NCBI GenBank assembly: GCA_030141605.1
Contig: JAQGDQ010000927.1
Location: forward strand, 15,850 to 79,849
Length of the DNA stretch: 64,000 nt
Reading direction: 5' to 3'
Source of the DNA: Tubiluchus corallicola
Lineage: Eukaryota > Animalia > Priapulida
Positions 1 to 13,370 of the stretch are shown here, piece by piece (within the stretch, counting starts at the first letter, position 1; each line of letters opens with the position of its first letter). The notes beneath the pieces are model-generated. The model searched no databases. It was given only the letters and a program-made list of their open reading frames with translations, and was not told the DNA's origin. A program made the position numbers and the translations under genes.

Positions 1-369
1 TCTCTCTCAAAGTAAAATAGAAACTTATTAGATTAACTTTAAACAGTTACATGCCTTCATCATTTAATCCCATCTAGATTTTTTTCTAACTTTATTTCAG
101 TTTAGCTTTAATTCACACAACTTAAACTGTGTCCAGAAATCTCAGAAACGTAAGAAATGCATAGGACTGGGACGGAACTCCAAAAATAGATGTATTGCTT
201 GCACTTTTGTAAGTTTTAGGCTATTAAAGTTTTTTTAGAATCTAAAATCAACAAGTTTGTTTGTACAACTTTGTGGTTTAATTTTCTTGATTTTTGTTTC
301 TGAAAAAACCTCGTTAGACGTCTCCCAGGCCACAACCCTTAGCTGACCATTGTCTCCTGGTTTCAGTTG

Positions 370-840
370 GTGACGAGGAGGCAATCCTTGTAAAAGACTG
401 ACAAGCTAGCAACCCTAGCAAAAGAGTAATGAGGTGGCAACCCTAACAAAAGAGTAAGAAGTGGTAACCCTAGTAAAAAGAGTAACGGAGTGGCAACCCT
501 AGTAAAAGAGTAATGAGGTGGCAACCCTAGCAAAACATTTACGAGGTGGCAACACTAGTGAAAGAGTAACAAGGTGGCAACCCTTGTAAAACAGGGATGA
601 GGTGGCAGCCCTAGCAAAAAGAGTAACGAGGTGGCAACCCTAATAATAGTGATGAGGTGGCAACCCTAGTGAAAGAGTAACGAGATGGCAACCCTTGTAA
701 AACAGTGATGAGGTGGCAACCCTAGTGAAAAAGTAACGAGGTGGCAACCCTTGTAAAAGAGGGATGAGGTTGCAGCCCTAGCAAAAAGAGTAATGAGGTG
801 GTAACCCTAATAAGAGTGACGAGGTGGCAACCCTAGTAAA
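370..840. repeat. Minisatellite, ~28-29 bp unit (GAGGTGGCAACCCTAGTAAAAGAGTAAC), in ALDH intron
   Basis: Tandem degenerate copies of gaggtggcaaccct read directly. Confidence 0.9.
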
Positions 841-857
841 AGATTCGTTATGCAAAC

Positions 858-1001
858 CTTGTGCAAGTCGTTGTTCAAAGCATCGCACAGCTTCCCTTCG
901 TTTTCTTCCAGGAGCCGTTTAAGATTAGTCAACTGAGCGTGACGATAGTTGACACTCCTTGTTTTACCCGAGTTAAAAGTGTCACGTAGAATCTTCATCG
1001 T
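858..1001 (-). CDS. ALDH3: Class-3 aldehyde dehydrogenase (ALDH3A2/ALDH3B-like), coding exon 2; gene continues off the left edge
   Basis: TMKILRDTFNSGKTRSVNYRHAQLTNLKRLLEENEGKLCDALNNDLHK matches the ALDH3 N-terminus (R..F.SG.TR...R..QL..L.R...E....AL..DL.K). Acceptor attacag, donor AAG|gtttgc, 144 nt, phase 0/0. The intron after DLxK matches the vertebrate ALDH3 position as I recall it. Confidence 0.88.
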
Positions 1002-1254
1002 CTGTAATATTAAATAAAAGATTTCCATCTGATTTTTTAGAAATAATTGCTAACATTTTGAAATTAGATTTGGAATCTAAAACTTCAAGCATATACATAA
1101 GTATGCTAGACGAATTCATGGATGATGGTTCAACTATTGCTTACAAAATCTAAAATCTAACATCTAGTCTGGAAATAGATTCTAAATTCCAACAAGCAAA
1201 CAGACATTTCAAAAACCATTTCATATTACTTTTTCAGTGTATCTCAACATTCAA

Positions 1255-1475
1255 AAACAAACAAACAACAAACTAAAGAAGTGTATCTTGACAATCGACA
1301 AACAAACAATGAACTGAAGAAGTGTATCTTGACAATCGACAAACAAACAATGGAGTGAAGAAGTGTATCTTGACAATCGACAAACAAACAATGGATTGAA
1401 GAAGTGTATCTTGACAATCGACAAACAAACAATGGAGTGAAGAAGTGTATCTTGACAATCGACAAACAAACAACG
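1255..1475. repeat. Minisatellite, 41-bp unit, ~5 copies
   Basis: gaagaagtgtatcttgacaatcgacaaacaaacaatggagt repeated; explains ORFs 1244-1473. Confidence 0.93.
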
Positions 1476-1551
1476 AATTTTGTGTTAATAATTATTTTGT
1501 TAATAAAAGCATTAAAATATAGAAAATAAAATAAAACAATAAAAAATTCAC

Positions 1552-1632
1552 CTCCGTAAGTTTACTTTGGAAACTTTGGGCATCTTCTACTTGTATTTCT
1601 GTAGCATCAACAGCTTTATCAACTTCCATCAT
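1552..1632 (-). CDS. ALDH3: Probable first coding exon of the ALDH3 gene (MMEVDKAVDATEIQVEDAQSFQSKLTE)
   Basis: ATG at 1632, 81 nt open, GAG|gtgaat donor in phase 0 that joins exon 858-1001 in frame. Preceded by the acceptor-like tatttactcagcag. Confidence 0.65.
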
Positions 1633-2029
1633 CGCTGCTGAGTAAATATATGCAAATATAAACAAATTCATGCAAAAGTAAAAATACTACAACATACTAG
1701 ATATGATTAAATCATTATATGTAATTACATGGATATTTTTAGTTTTATAATTATAAAAGAACAATAAATAATTGCATGATTTACATACAAAAAATCGCCG
1801 CATTCGAAAGCTGAATTTTACCAATGTCATACACCCACTCTGTACATGCTTGGACAGAGAATAATATCCATTACTTGCAAATCCACTGTACAACAACGGG
1901 CAGTTGCGCGTATACTCATATTTTGATACACCAGACAAAAGCGGGAGGTGTCAGTCCAAATTTTCCAAATGTCCGTATTTACTGATACTAAGCTAACACA
2001 GTAGGGGCCGTGTATTAGACTCAGAGTAA

Positions 2030-2145
2030 TGCAGAATCAATTGCCTAATTGTCTCAAAAACATCTAGTGTGCCCTTGTCCAAAAGTATATAAAACTTGTC
2101 GGCAATTGACTCAAATAACTCTGCATAATTGACTCTATATTTTTT
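2030..2145. repeat. Dispersed repeat fragment; inverted homolog at ~56960-57070
   Basis: gcaattgactcaaataactctgcataattgactctatatttt is the near reverse complement of aaaatatagaatcaattgtgcggagttatttgagtcaattgc. Confidence 0.7.
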
Positions 2146-3418
2146 CTGCACATGCTTAAATAAAACACTTTTGTGTGACCAATGAGCTTTTACTATCTTT
2201 ATGTCGTCTTACTTCGCTTTAAATCACCAAAGCAATAGATATTAAACAATTAAGCTGTGTGGACGCCTCACCAAAATGGGTGAGAATCCAGTGATAAACT
2301 CAATTTTCAACTTATTCTAGCACAAATAACAAATAGCAATTCTAGAACAAAGTGTTGGTTCACACAGCAAAAAAGTGCTGCAGTGATGCTTATGAAGTAC
2401 TTCAGTCTTCAGTTATAACAGTGTCGGTGAAATACATGATAAAATAAATATTTCTTATTTGTCGTTATAAAAGTTGTATAAAACTAAAGCAATGAGGATG
2501 CATACGTGATTTGCAAATTTCGTACGCAACAGAAATTTAAACATGTTTATTCAATGCTTCAATCTGACGTCCACGCATGCACACGGTGTAATGGGGCCCA
2601 AAATTCGATTTTTCCCTTAGGGATGGTTTGGATTGACTTGGGTAATGGGGTGTTCTTGTAACCTGCAATGCACTTGTTTAGCAAATATACTCGTCAGGAA
2701 TTTACTAAGCAACGCTACGGCGCACGTCATTTACTAAAGTTAGATTAGTTACTACGTACTCACTTTCATTTTCAATTCAAAGTTTCAAAACCTCTTACAC
2801 TGCAATACAAATCATTATCAAAAGTACAAGCGTACACTCATTTACACGTGAATTCATTATTTATAACTTAAACTCAGTGAGCTTCTGAATAAGAAATAAT
2901 AGTTCTGTCGCATTAGTATTACCTATGGTCGCAAAGTTCAAAAATTTGTCAACAAATTAGAGAGAACTACACAACACACGCTGTTTTGACGCACTGTACA
3001 TAAACGTAATAAAACGCACCGGCTAAAGTGGTTTGTATTTAATTCACTGCGATTTATTGTATATATTGTGTATCAAATTCTAAAAAAATAATGAATGAAG
3101 ATATAGTGGCCGATTCAGGACCGCCTGCTATTTTGGATTGGCTTCAAATCCAGCTTGTTTGGTAATTTTTCGAGACACACATAGCCAGGCTGACCCAAAA
3201 GCATCCGAACGATCTGTGTTCAAAAGAAAAGCTCGAGAGACCTACTAGATGTTTTGGAAGATGTTGATCATGAGTTCAACTCTAATCCCTTTTAGTTTTT
3301 TATCATTTTCCTCAAAACGCACAAGGCTTCCACACTGGGTATTGATGGCATGATAGATTCTTTACCGACTGAGTACATTGTGTAATAAGTTGTTGTGCAC
3401 TCTTCTGTTGTCTTTACA

Positions 3419-3498
3419 GGTGGTCGACTGGTTAAGCCAGGTAACAATTTGTAGGTGATCCTCTGCTAACAGCCCGAGTTCGAATTTCACCACCACTT
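3419..3498 (+). mobile_element. tRNA-like Pol III cassette (SINE head or pseudo-tRNA)
   Basis: A-box-like gtggtcgactggttaag and B-box gagttcgaat; stems degenerate. Confidence 0.4.
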
Positions 3499-4299
3499 GT
3501 ATTTGTGCAAAGAGTTGTTATCTGTGTTATTTATTTGTGTCGTCTCAGTGCTGTTGTTATCGTTAAGAGATGCTTATAGTAGTTTATGGCTAATATTGCC
3601 TGTTTTCCCTTGTTGTCTGAAGTGGGACTATATCGACTGCATGTTTTTCCAAAAGCATTAGCAGAATTAGCTGGTAAATCAGAAGCAAATTGAAATTGGC
3701 AAGAGCACAGAGATTCAGAAAAAACTGTGCCACGACTGGGACGGCTCGAATTTAATATAAAGAATTTGCGACACGCCTGTATGGTGAATTTTTTGGGGGT
3801 TCTTGGCAGAAATATAATGTTATACTTGTAGTAGACACGACCAACTAATACAAACATATAATTTAGTATTTGCACGTAAAGATCCTCAGAAAGCTCAAAA
3901 TTTTTATTGATAGGCCTAATTCATTACTTCTTGTGTTTTTCAAAGTAATAATTGATAAATCAACCATCTTTTACATGCACTTTTCTGTTCAATTTCACTC
4001 TCTGCAAGTTGGAATCGAGAAATCATTAGCAGCACCTAATTGATCCTGATGCACAAACTTGTAACGATCAACGTTAGAACTTCACATATTTCTGTACTGT
4101 TTGAAAATTTGATCAAAGTTTATAACTGTTGACCTAAAAGAGCTAAAAAACACGGCAATGCAGTATAGGAAAAATACGAAAAAAATATTAAACACTCAAC
4201 TTTTAATTTCAAGGAAACTTCAAATCGACATTTTGAAAGTGAATAACGTTTTCCAAGTATTCGTTGATTTGCATTTCAGAGCCTGTTCTTAGTGCAATT

Positions 4300-4415
4300 T
4301 GCTTTGAAATTATTTCAGTGCGACTGTCTGACTTTGTAAAACTAGTGAAACGTTTTTGATTTGTTATAAAAATTTGATTTCAGGTTTGACGCCTGACCTT
4401 TCTCTAATAGACGTG
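4300..4415. repeat. Local duplicated segment; second copy ~5520-5630
   Basis: atttgttataaa(a/g)atttgatttcaggtttgacgc(c/t)tgac(c/a)tttctctaatagac occurs in both places. Confidence 0.75.
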
Positions 4416-6109
4416 AATGGCTTCAGACAACAACTGAACAGAAATAATGCTTGGCTGGTGTATGTTTTGCAACATGATAACTGTTGTGGAGATCGCTGGC
4501 ATCTATTAGAATTAAATAGAACATTGTAGAATGTTCCGTTAGAATAATCGTCTTACCGCGTAGAATGTTCTGGAAAGAAACTTTTAGAAGCTTCTCGGGC
4601 ACGCTATATAAGGCGAACCTAGCCGCTGGGACACACACACGCAGATTCACATGGACGCCACTTACACATTCTCTTGTATACTTGTATTTTCAGATACACT
4701 TAAACGTTTTCCAGATTTCCACGTTTACTGTAATCATTTCGCGTTCCTTCGTACTTTCGTGTTGTAGAATTCTCGCTTAATAAACTAGTTTAATTTGATG
4801 AAGTGTTTTCTGGTTTTCTCTACGAGCCTTCCGAGAGAAACAAAACACAACAATAACACACAGCGCTCAGAGCCGAGAAAACACTCTTTACGATATGTTT
4901 TTAGGTCGTGAGGTTTACCAAATCCACCAATCATGTTCTCCTTCACACAAAAATCCTCACACAAGATTGTGTTCACTTCAATTCAAGATGGCGGAACGAA
5001 AATCCGACATCATCAGAAACGCAGATTTCGTTCTACAGTATATTCGTTGAAATTTCATGATCATCCATTGCAAATTAACGAAGCCCTGAGTTTTCAAAAA
5101 AAGTCTTCCTCAACAATAACAACAACATCCAGTTACAGGTGTACACTCGACTAAATGAAATCATTTACTGGCAGTATCGCAAAATCATGAATACCTTGCA
5201 CAAATTAATCAGTAACGAATTAATCAAACTAAATGTGGCCGGTTACACCACCCATCAATGCAGCAACACCTACCTTTATAATATTTTGTTGTATGACATT
5301 GTTTACGCATAACTGATGATCTAATTATCGTATTGATTCATTGCATTGCTCTTTTTAGTTTGTATAGCAGTGGTGGTTTTAGGTTTTGCCACTAGACGAC
5401 TCAGCTCACTCAGTTTACCTGAAATTAGATTATTTGGTATTCAAATACTAAATGGCCTCGTGTTTTACCGTAATATAACTTTGTTCTAACTACCTAAGTT
5501 ACAGAGTGACAGAGCTTTGCTGGTTTGTCCAAATTCGGTGTGAACCTGTCTCAAATGTCGCAAACTTTTTTCATTTGTTATAAAGATTTGATTTCAGGTT
5601 TGACGCTTGACATTTCTCTAATAGACCGTATTGACGAAGACAATGAGTCTGTGAGGAAAACAATGGTTTTGTCTGCATATGTTTATTTACTGGGAGTGGC
5701 TTTAAAATCTATGGTATAGTTAGAAATTGTTGCTTTTTATTTTGCTTATTAATTTTTAAAGAATTCGTATAAACGTTAGTTTTACGGTTTCGGCTTTGTT
5801 CTGATTAAGCAATTTGCATAGGCGCTCAAGTGTTTCACTAGTGTCACAGAATCACGGATTTGAACTATTGACCCCGTGCTTACAATGAGTTGTACCAATA
5901 AATGTTTAACTAAAGTACCAATTAATTATCAATACATGACTAGAATCAACGCAAAATCAAAGTCAGTAGATATTGTAACTCAAACAAGCATGGCTGACAA
6001 CAAAATTAATATCGAACGAAATAATGATAATCGTGTTATTTAAAACCCAAAGAGCTTTTGCTGACCGTTAATAACAATAATACTCCTCCAAAACTGACCC
6101 CAATTTTAC

Positions 6110-6225
6110 CCCAGGTCCAATGCGCCAGTCAGTGCAACAGGAGTACTATTTTTAAGGTTTGTAGTATGACTCGGCTGCGGTATTGAACTCATGGCCTCCC
6201 AGACGGAGTGCGGACTGACTTATCT
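6110..6225 (-). mobile_element. tRNA-derived SINE with Meta-like central domain
   Basis: Reverse strand: gggaggccatgagttcaatacc...gtcatactacaaaccttaaaaatagtactcctgttgc; homologous to the copy at ~27060. Confidence 0.6.
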
Positions 6226-7405
6226 TATCGCAATGATATTGTGAGTGTTTTATGTTGATGTACCTGGATTCCTATCTAGTAGAAATAACGAAATACAGTA
6301 CACCATTATGCGTGTTACCGAACTACTTTATTTACAATGCGTTCTGACGCATTAATACATAACAGTGAGAACTTCTAAAAAGGCAACAGACAGAGAGAAT
6401 TTTTTTAAAAAAAATGCGTCGCTAAACGAGTTCATGAGCAGAGAAATGGAATCAGTTGCCGTACTTTGGCTTAAAATCATAACAGAAACACGTGTTATCA
6501 CCTATAACTAGTTTAAGTATATGCAGCTGATCATTCCACTAACTCATTCAAACCGTGCACTCATAACAGCGAAGCGACACATCCCTACTACGACAAACGA
6601 GGGAAGATAGGTAAATTTTGCAATGCTAGTGCAAAAAAGAAATTATGCTGCAACATAAGATGACATGAGATGAGATGAGATGAGATAAGATGGCTACTGT
6701 ACGGTTAAGAAGAGAACACCAATTCTCCATTTGCCCAAATTTTCTTGAAAGTTTCATACTAAAATTACTATTCATGTTCCATATTTAAAGTTCTAAAGAC
6801 CAATACAGTCTATTTACATTATTCAGCCGCCGATGAAAAGATAAAAACCCGAAATTTTAAAAAATATTGTTATTATTATTAAAAATATTAAACTAAAAAC
6901 AGCGCTTCGATGTGTGTTGTGCACAATGCATTCTACGCTTGAAACAGCTAGAAGCGCTAGATTAAACCGCGCTCCCAAGCTAAGAAAATGCCTATAAATT
7001 GTGAAGCCAAGTGGCAACTACTTTACATTTTATCCTTGAGCAGCTGTAAGCACGTGCTGCCCTCTGTGAAGTGAAACCCTGCGCAGCTGCAGCTTTCAGG
7101 ATGGTACAGATGGGAGCAGGAACACGCTGGACGCGGTGTAGTTACTGTTGATAACGCAGTGAAAGCGTTCTTATTTTCCGTGTGTATATAGAGATCTATA
7201 TTTACTTTTCGTGTTGTACTTACACATCTGTGATGTTAGATTCTATTAAGAATGTGACCTGCGAGATTTTCGCTTTGTAAAAAAAATTGTGCTTTCAAAG
7301 GAAAACACTATTCCTCGATGTCTGTCGGATGTAAGACATGCCGTGGACACCGTATGGCAGACTACGGCTACTTGGGCTCTTGGATGTTGTGTGTGTATCG
7401 TGTAA

Positions 7406-7771
<366 letters not shown>

Positions 7772-7884
7772 TAACCTGGACACACCCTCAGCTAAACCAC
7801 ATCAGCTTTTACGTGGTTTGTTTGCTAAGCAATAAACAGCGAATGATCATTAATTACGTGTCATGACATAGTATAGGGCTTACA

Positions 7885-8985
7885 AAGTGTAAGTCAAACG
7901 AAACATATGTCCCAGTGTTTGATTACTAGTATGGTTAGTGTAGGGTGCATAGAGTGCAAGTCAAACGAAACCCATGTCTTAGAGCAGTGCTTGACTACTG
8001 GAATGGTTAGGCGTACGAACTGTTAGTCAAACGAAACCTATGTCTTAGGGCAGTGCTTGACACTGGAATGGTTAGGCGTACAAAGTGTAAGTCAAACGAA
8101 ACCCATGTCTTAGGGCAGTGCTTGACTACTGGAATGGTTAGGCGTACGAATTGTAAGTCAAACGAAACCCATGTCTTAGAGCAGTGCTTGACTACTGGAA
8201 TGGTTAGGCGTACAAAGTGTAAGTCAAACGAAACCTATGTCTTAGGGCAGTGCTTGACTACTGGAATGGTTAGGCGTACGAACTGTTAGTCAAACGAAAC
8301 CCATGTCTTAGAGCAGTGCTTGACTACTGGAATGGTTAGGCGTACGAACTGTTAGTCAAACGAAACCCATATCATAGGGCAGTGCTTGACTACTGGAATG
8401 GTTAGGCGTACGAACTGTTAGTCAAACGAAACCCATGTCTTAGGGCAGTGCTTGACTACTGGAATGGTTAGGCGTACGAACTGTTAGTCAAACGAAACCC
8501 ATGTCTTAGGGCAGTGCTTGACTACTGGAATGGTTAGGCGTACGAACTGTTAGTCAAACGAAACCCATGTCTTAGGGCAGTGCTTGACTACTGGAATGGT
8601 TAGGCGTACGAACTGTTAGTCAAACGAAACCCATGTCTTAGGGCAGTGCTTGACTACTGGAATGGTTAGGCGTACGAACTGTTAGTCAAACGAAACCCAT
8701 TCTGGCAGTGCTTGACTACTGGAATGGTTAGGCGTACGAACTGTTAGTCAAACGAAACCCATGTCTTAGGGCAGTGCTTGACTACTGGAATGGTTAGGCG
8801 TACGAACTGTTAGTCAAACGAAACCCATGTCTTAGGGCAGTGCTTGACTACTGGAATGGTTAGGCGTACGAATGTAGTCAAACGAAACCCATGTCTTAGA
8901 GCAGTGATTGACTACTGGAATGGTTAGGCGTACAAACTGTTAGTCAAACGAAACCCATGTCTTAGGGCAGTGCTTGACTACTGGC
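7885..8985. repeat. Minisatellite, 66-bp unit, ~16 copies
   Basis: gtcaaacgaaacccatgtcttagggcagtgcttgactactggaatggttaggcgtacgaactgtta repeated (period 8421 to 8487). Confidence 0.96.
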
Positions 8986-9210
8986 ACGATTAGTACAGGT
9001 TACAATTTTCCAATTCTGTACAAAATTGTCACCATCAAATTCATCATTAACATCGTTGTCATCATCATTACCATCGTCAAAGTATCATCGTCTTCACTTT
9101 TTGTGTTTACTTCAAAGAGTGTTTATTTATTTGTTTTCTCTATTTATCGTAATTAAGGTCACTATTCATGCTGAGCGTTTGCACAGCGTTTAAAACAGCT
9201 TTCTTATCCT

Positions 9211-9285
9211 GAGTTGGGTGACCTAGTGGTCTAGATTTCAGACTGAAATTACGCAGTCTTGAGTTCGAAACTAGCAGCTGCCAAC
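9211..9285 (+). mobile_element. tRNA-like SINE head or pseudo-tRNA
   Basis: A box tagtggtctag, B box gagttcgaaac, gttgg...ccaac closing stem; anticodon and T arms poor. Confidence 0.5.
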
Positions 9286-9342
9286 GTCAGGACATGTACA
9301 CTCAATGTCTTTCGCTATTTGCGTGTTGCGTAAGTGTAGCTA

Positions 9343-9496
9343 CGCGTTCAAATGAGTGAGTTTTCTCTCACGAGTTTTTTCTCTTTGACAGCAAACTTGC
9401 AAGTGTGAACAGCTTTGCGAGTTACTGTCGGCAAGGAATTACAAATTCTGTGACACCAACTGAACACGCTTGTGAGTTACTTTGAATTTGAACGCG
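9343..9496. mobile_element. Short MITE with 11-bp TIRs (Harbinger-like)
   Basis: cgcgttcaaat ... atttgaacgcg; a similar end ggcgcgttcaaactg occurs at ~26468. Confidence 0.55.
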
Positions 9497-9654
9497 CTGT
9501 AAGTTCCTAAACAGCCGTTAGTGCTAATGTTGTGTGTTAAGCAAGCGACGGTACATTGTGTTTGTCTTTGTCTTTCGTTCTACCCTGATCATAGAGTTCT
9601 GAAATTTCTGTCTGTGGATATTTGTCTTATCTTGCACTGCTTAGTAGATAAATA

Positions 9655-9749
9655 AATAATAACAATGATAGTAATAATAATAGTAGCAGTAGTAATAATA
9701 ATAGTAACAGCAATAGCAATGGCAATAGTAATAATAATAATAATAATAA

Positions 9750-9838
<89 letters not shown>

Positions 9839-9839
9839 A

Positions 9840-9913
<74 letters not shown>

Positions 9914-9947
9914 ATAATAATAATAATAATAATACTAATACTAATAC

Positions 9948-10032
<85 letters not shown>

Positions 10033-10040
10033 AGTACTAG
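9655..10040. repeat. Compound trinucleotide microsatellite (AAT)n/(AGT)n
   Basis: Direct reading. Confidence 0.98.
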
Positions 10041-10362
10041 AAACTTTTCTGTTACGAAAAACGCTCTTCAATCTCTCAACCTTTATTGTTAGTGAAACAC
10101 GTTTTTAAAATAAGCATACAGAACGCAACACATTTACGCCAGAGCGTAAAAAAGCACCGTTATAAATGTCATTATTGACTTAAGCTTCGATCAAATTTGA
10201 CATGCATTACGGCTGAGTTAATGTTAAATTAAAAACATCATGGATTGCATGATATATGTGGATAACATTGCAAGAAAATTTGAAGTCTTTAATAAGCTTT
10301 CCTGAGAGGATTCGAGACTTTTAAAATAAAATTTAGTTTTTTGCCATTAATTGCATCATCAA

Positions 10363-10394
<32 letters not shown>

Positions 10395-10545
10395 TCATCA
10401 CCAATTTCTTTTTTCTTTGATATTTTCTATTTTCCTTCGTGGTTTTAACGCTCCAGCTTTTCAGCTTTAGAACACTTAATCGCTTAATTTTCATAATTTC
10501 AGAATTAATTAACCTGCTAATCAACTAATCAAGTTAAACGGCTCA

Positions 10546-10950
10546 AGTTTACAATTCCCCACGCGCAAGAAATTAGTTCGTGAAGTGCATTACGATTAGG
10601 GTTGGGATTAAGATTAAGGTTAGGGTTAGTTTGGGGGGTGGGGTTAGGGTTAGGTTGGGTTGGATTAGGGTTAGGATTAAGATTAAGGCTAGGTTAATTT
10701 GGGGTGGGGTTAGCATTAGGTTGGGTTGGATTAGGGTTAGGATTAAGATTAAGGCTAGGGTTAGTTTGGGGTGGGGTTAGGGTTAGGTTGGGATTAAGAT
10801 TAAGGCTAGGGTTAGGGTTAGGTTGGGATTAAGATTAAGGTTAGGGTTAGTTTGGGGTGGGGTTAGGGTTAGGTTGGATTGGGTTGGATTAGGGTTAGGT
10901 TAGAGTTTGGCTACGGTTAGCTAGGGTTAGGGTTAGGGGAATTGTAAACT
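10546..10950. mobile_element. Degenerate TTAGGG-like array bounded by perfect 15-bp inverted repeats
   Basis: agtttacaattcccc (10546-10560) and ggggaattgtaaact (10936-10950); interior of ggttag/gttagg/gattaa variants. Confidence 0.7.
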
Positions 10951-13370
10951 CCTTCCAGTGAAATAATTTGAAATGAATCAAAAATTATGAAATCTTCTAA
11001 GCGGAAGGTCCCTGGTTCGAAGCGAGGCGCAATTATATCTCTTTCACATTTCCGGTTTTCAATTCAGAGAAGTTTCGGTTTCAGATTTTAACAATTTACT
11101 TTATCACGATTGGCTTCATCATCACTTTTGAAATTCATTAAATCTCGTGTTTACAAACGCTTTTAGTAGTTTACTGTACATGCATGAATTCAAAAAACAT
11201 TTCACCAAGTTTGACGTGAATAAACGAGTTCTTTCATGTTCCATCACAGTTTGGCTGCTGCTGACCTACATTGCATTTCATACACATGGTGACCACACAT
11301 GAGATCATTAGAATGTTTATATATGACGTTCCAAAAATAACTTTTTTGTTCTTCTGAGAGGCAGAGCAACAACCTTCTGCTCTGCCAAGAATAAAACATT
11401 TTGTAAGCAAACTTTAAGAACAGCAGGTTAAGACTGTGGATGAAACGTAAGCAAAAAATCTTCAAGTAGACAGAAAAAACGTAATACGATAACGTAACTT
11501 ATATAAGATGTAAGACATCGTCATAATACGACAGCCTCGGTTTTGAATTTTCGGTTTCTTGAAGCGAAAAGCAGTATTGCCGAGGTGGCCAAGCCAAGTG
11601 GTGACGGTGCATGCTTAGCAATCGAAGTTAGGCAGTTCTGGGGTTGGTCATTGCATAGATTGGCGACTGCTTGATTCAGTACCCACTTTAGGGAATTTTC
11701 ATTTGTTACACAGATTCTAGCTGTTGGGCCATGTAAGGTAGTTTTCATTTTCGAACGTAGTTCTGCAGTATCTCATGATAGAGATATAATCTTCTTACTG
11801 GACAAGGGGTACAACCACACAACCAGAATGAAATATACTAGCATACAGGCTGTTCTGGACTTTGCATAATGAATATGTAATCGAAGATTACACAGTTAAT
11901 GATATTAATGAAATGTTGTATTCACTACTGACAACATAATGTATGTACCAGTGTAAATAACACTACTTACCCTATTATATTTGCAATTATAATGCACTCA
12001 TTAAGTGTGAATGAAGATAATACAAGTATATTCCGTATTACTGTGTTTTTAGTGTCCATCTAACCTGATCATAGTGCAGTCACAGTTCTTGGCCAATAAA
12101 TTACTTATAATAATGTAGATTTGCTAAATTTACGGTCATTTTTCAAATCTGGATCAATTTGGTGTGTGAATTTGTAACAGGGGCGTTAAATATGTATGAT
12201 AATAGTGCCTGTGTTCTCATAATTATCATTTTATAATAATTAATAATGCTGTAATAATTTATAAACCTGAATATAACATCCGGTATATAAGTGAAATTTT
12301 GTGGAAAATGTTTTTACATTTCGAATGTTATTTTCTATGGACTGATTCTGCTGTAACCGGCTCTCTGATCGTATGTTTATACCAGTCAATAAATTAATCT
12401 ATCTTTCTGTCACGTAAACGTAGACACAGGCACGTAGTGTACGATTCCACCTTACTGCAAAAAATAAAGTCTATTGACTATTAATGACTTTTTAAAAATA
12501 ATATTACTTTCAATAGACAACGTTGATGTATATTTTAGTTTAGTTGGCAGTAAGTTTAATTACGAATTTCTCTGACTCGTGGTGATTAGTTGTATAAGCA
12601 ACCGCACATACACGCAAGGAATTATTATTATTAATATATGAGGTGCCGTAATAGCCATTGATCAAGTTAATAATATAGAACACCTGTGGGATAGCAGGGA
12701 ATGCTTTACAATGGCTGTTGTACGCAGTGAAATATACAGTAATATAAACAGTATATCAGTACGTATTTCACTAATAATTGTATATCTTCCAAACTATTCT
12801 TCCACCCAAACAGTTTAACTTCCAAATTATGCATCTGATACTAATTACACAGACTCAACTTTCATCTACACCCGCCCCTGATCTACATAAAATGATTAAG
12901 AATATAAAATTTATGTGATGTAATGCGTGTTGTGTTAATTATGTCATGTCAAATGCATATAGAGTATAAATGTCATGTGAAATTTAATGTACTTTTGTAA
13001 TATGTTTTGTAAAAATGTTTTAATATCGTTTTTGTAAATATCTCCATTTATTGTATGTAATTAGACCTTAGTTTTGCACTTTAGTATTTTTAGTATGCAC
13101 TGGACGCATTTGTCTTGAACAGTGTTGGTATTTTAACATTACGCTGAGGCTTACTCAATTTTATTATATTGAGTGAACAATTTTTATGACAAATGAAAAA
13201 TTAATATATACATAAAGTGCCGTGTTAAAGGATAACGGCTCAGTGTCCACAATAGATGTTTAGAGCAACAGAAGAAGAAGAAGAATTTACTGCAGAATAA
13301 ATAAATAAATAAATATATATATATATAACTTCGAACGAGCAGTAAATTCTTCTTATATATCTTCGAACGA

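Noticed and set aside
7885-8985. Regular arrays here and at 15968, 23185, 33707 and 40348 superficially resemble CRISPR arrays
   Set aside because: Units are contiguous with no unique spacers, there are no cas genes, and the context is a eukaryotic intron
9211-9285. Possible functional tRNA genes here and at 3419, 58935 and 59570
   Set aside because: A/B boxes are present but cloverleaf stems do not pair properly; treated as SINE-like or pseudo-tRNA
9589-10108. Poly-I/T/V ORFs, and similar ORFs at 20433, 21949, 30037, 35193, 41780, 42290, 42908 and 48896
   Set aside because: Microsatellite or low-complexity shadows with no splice or domain support
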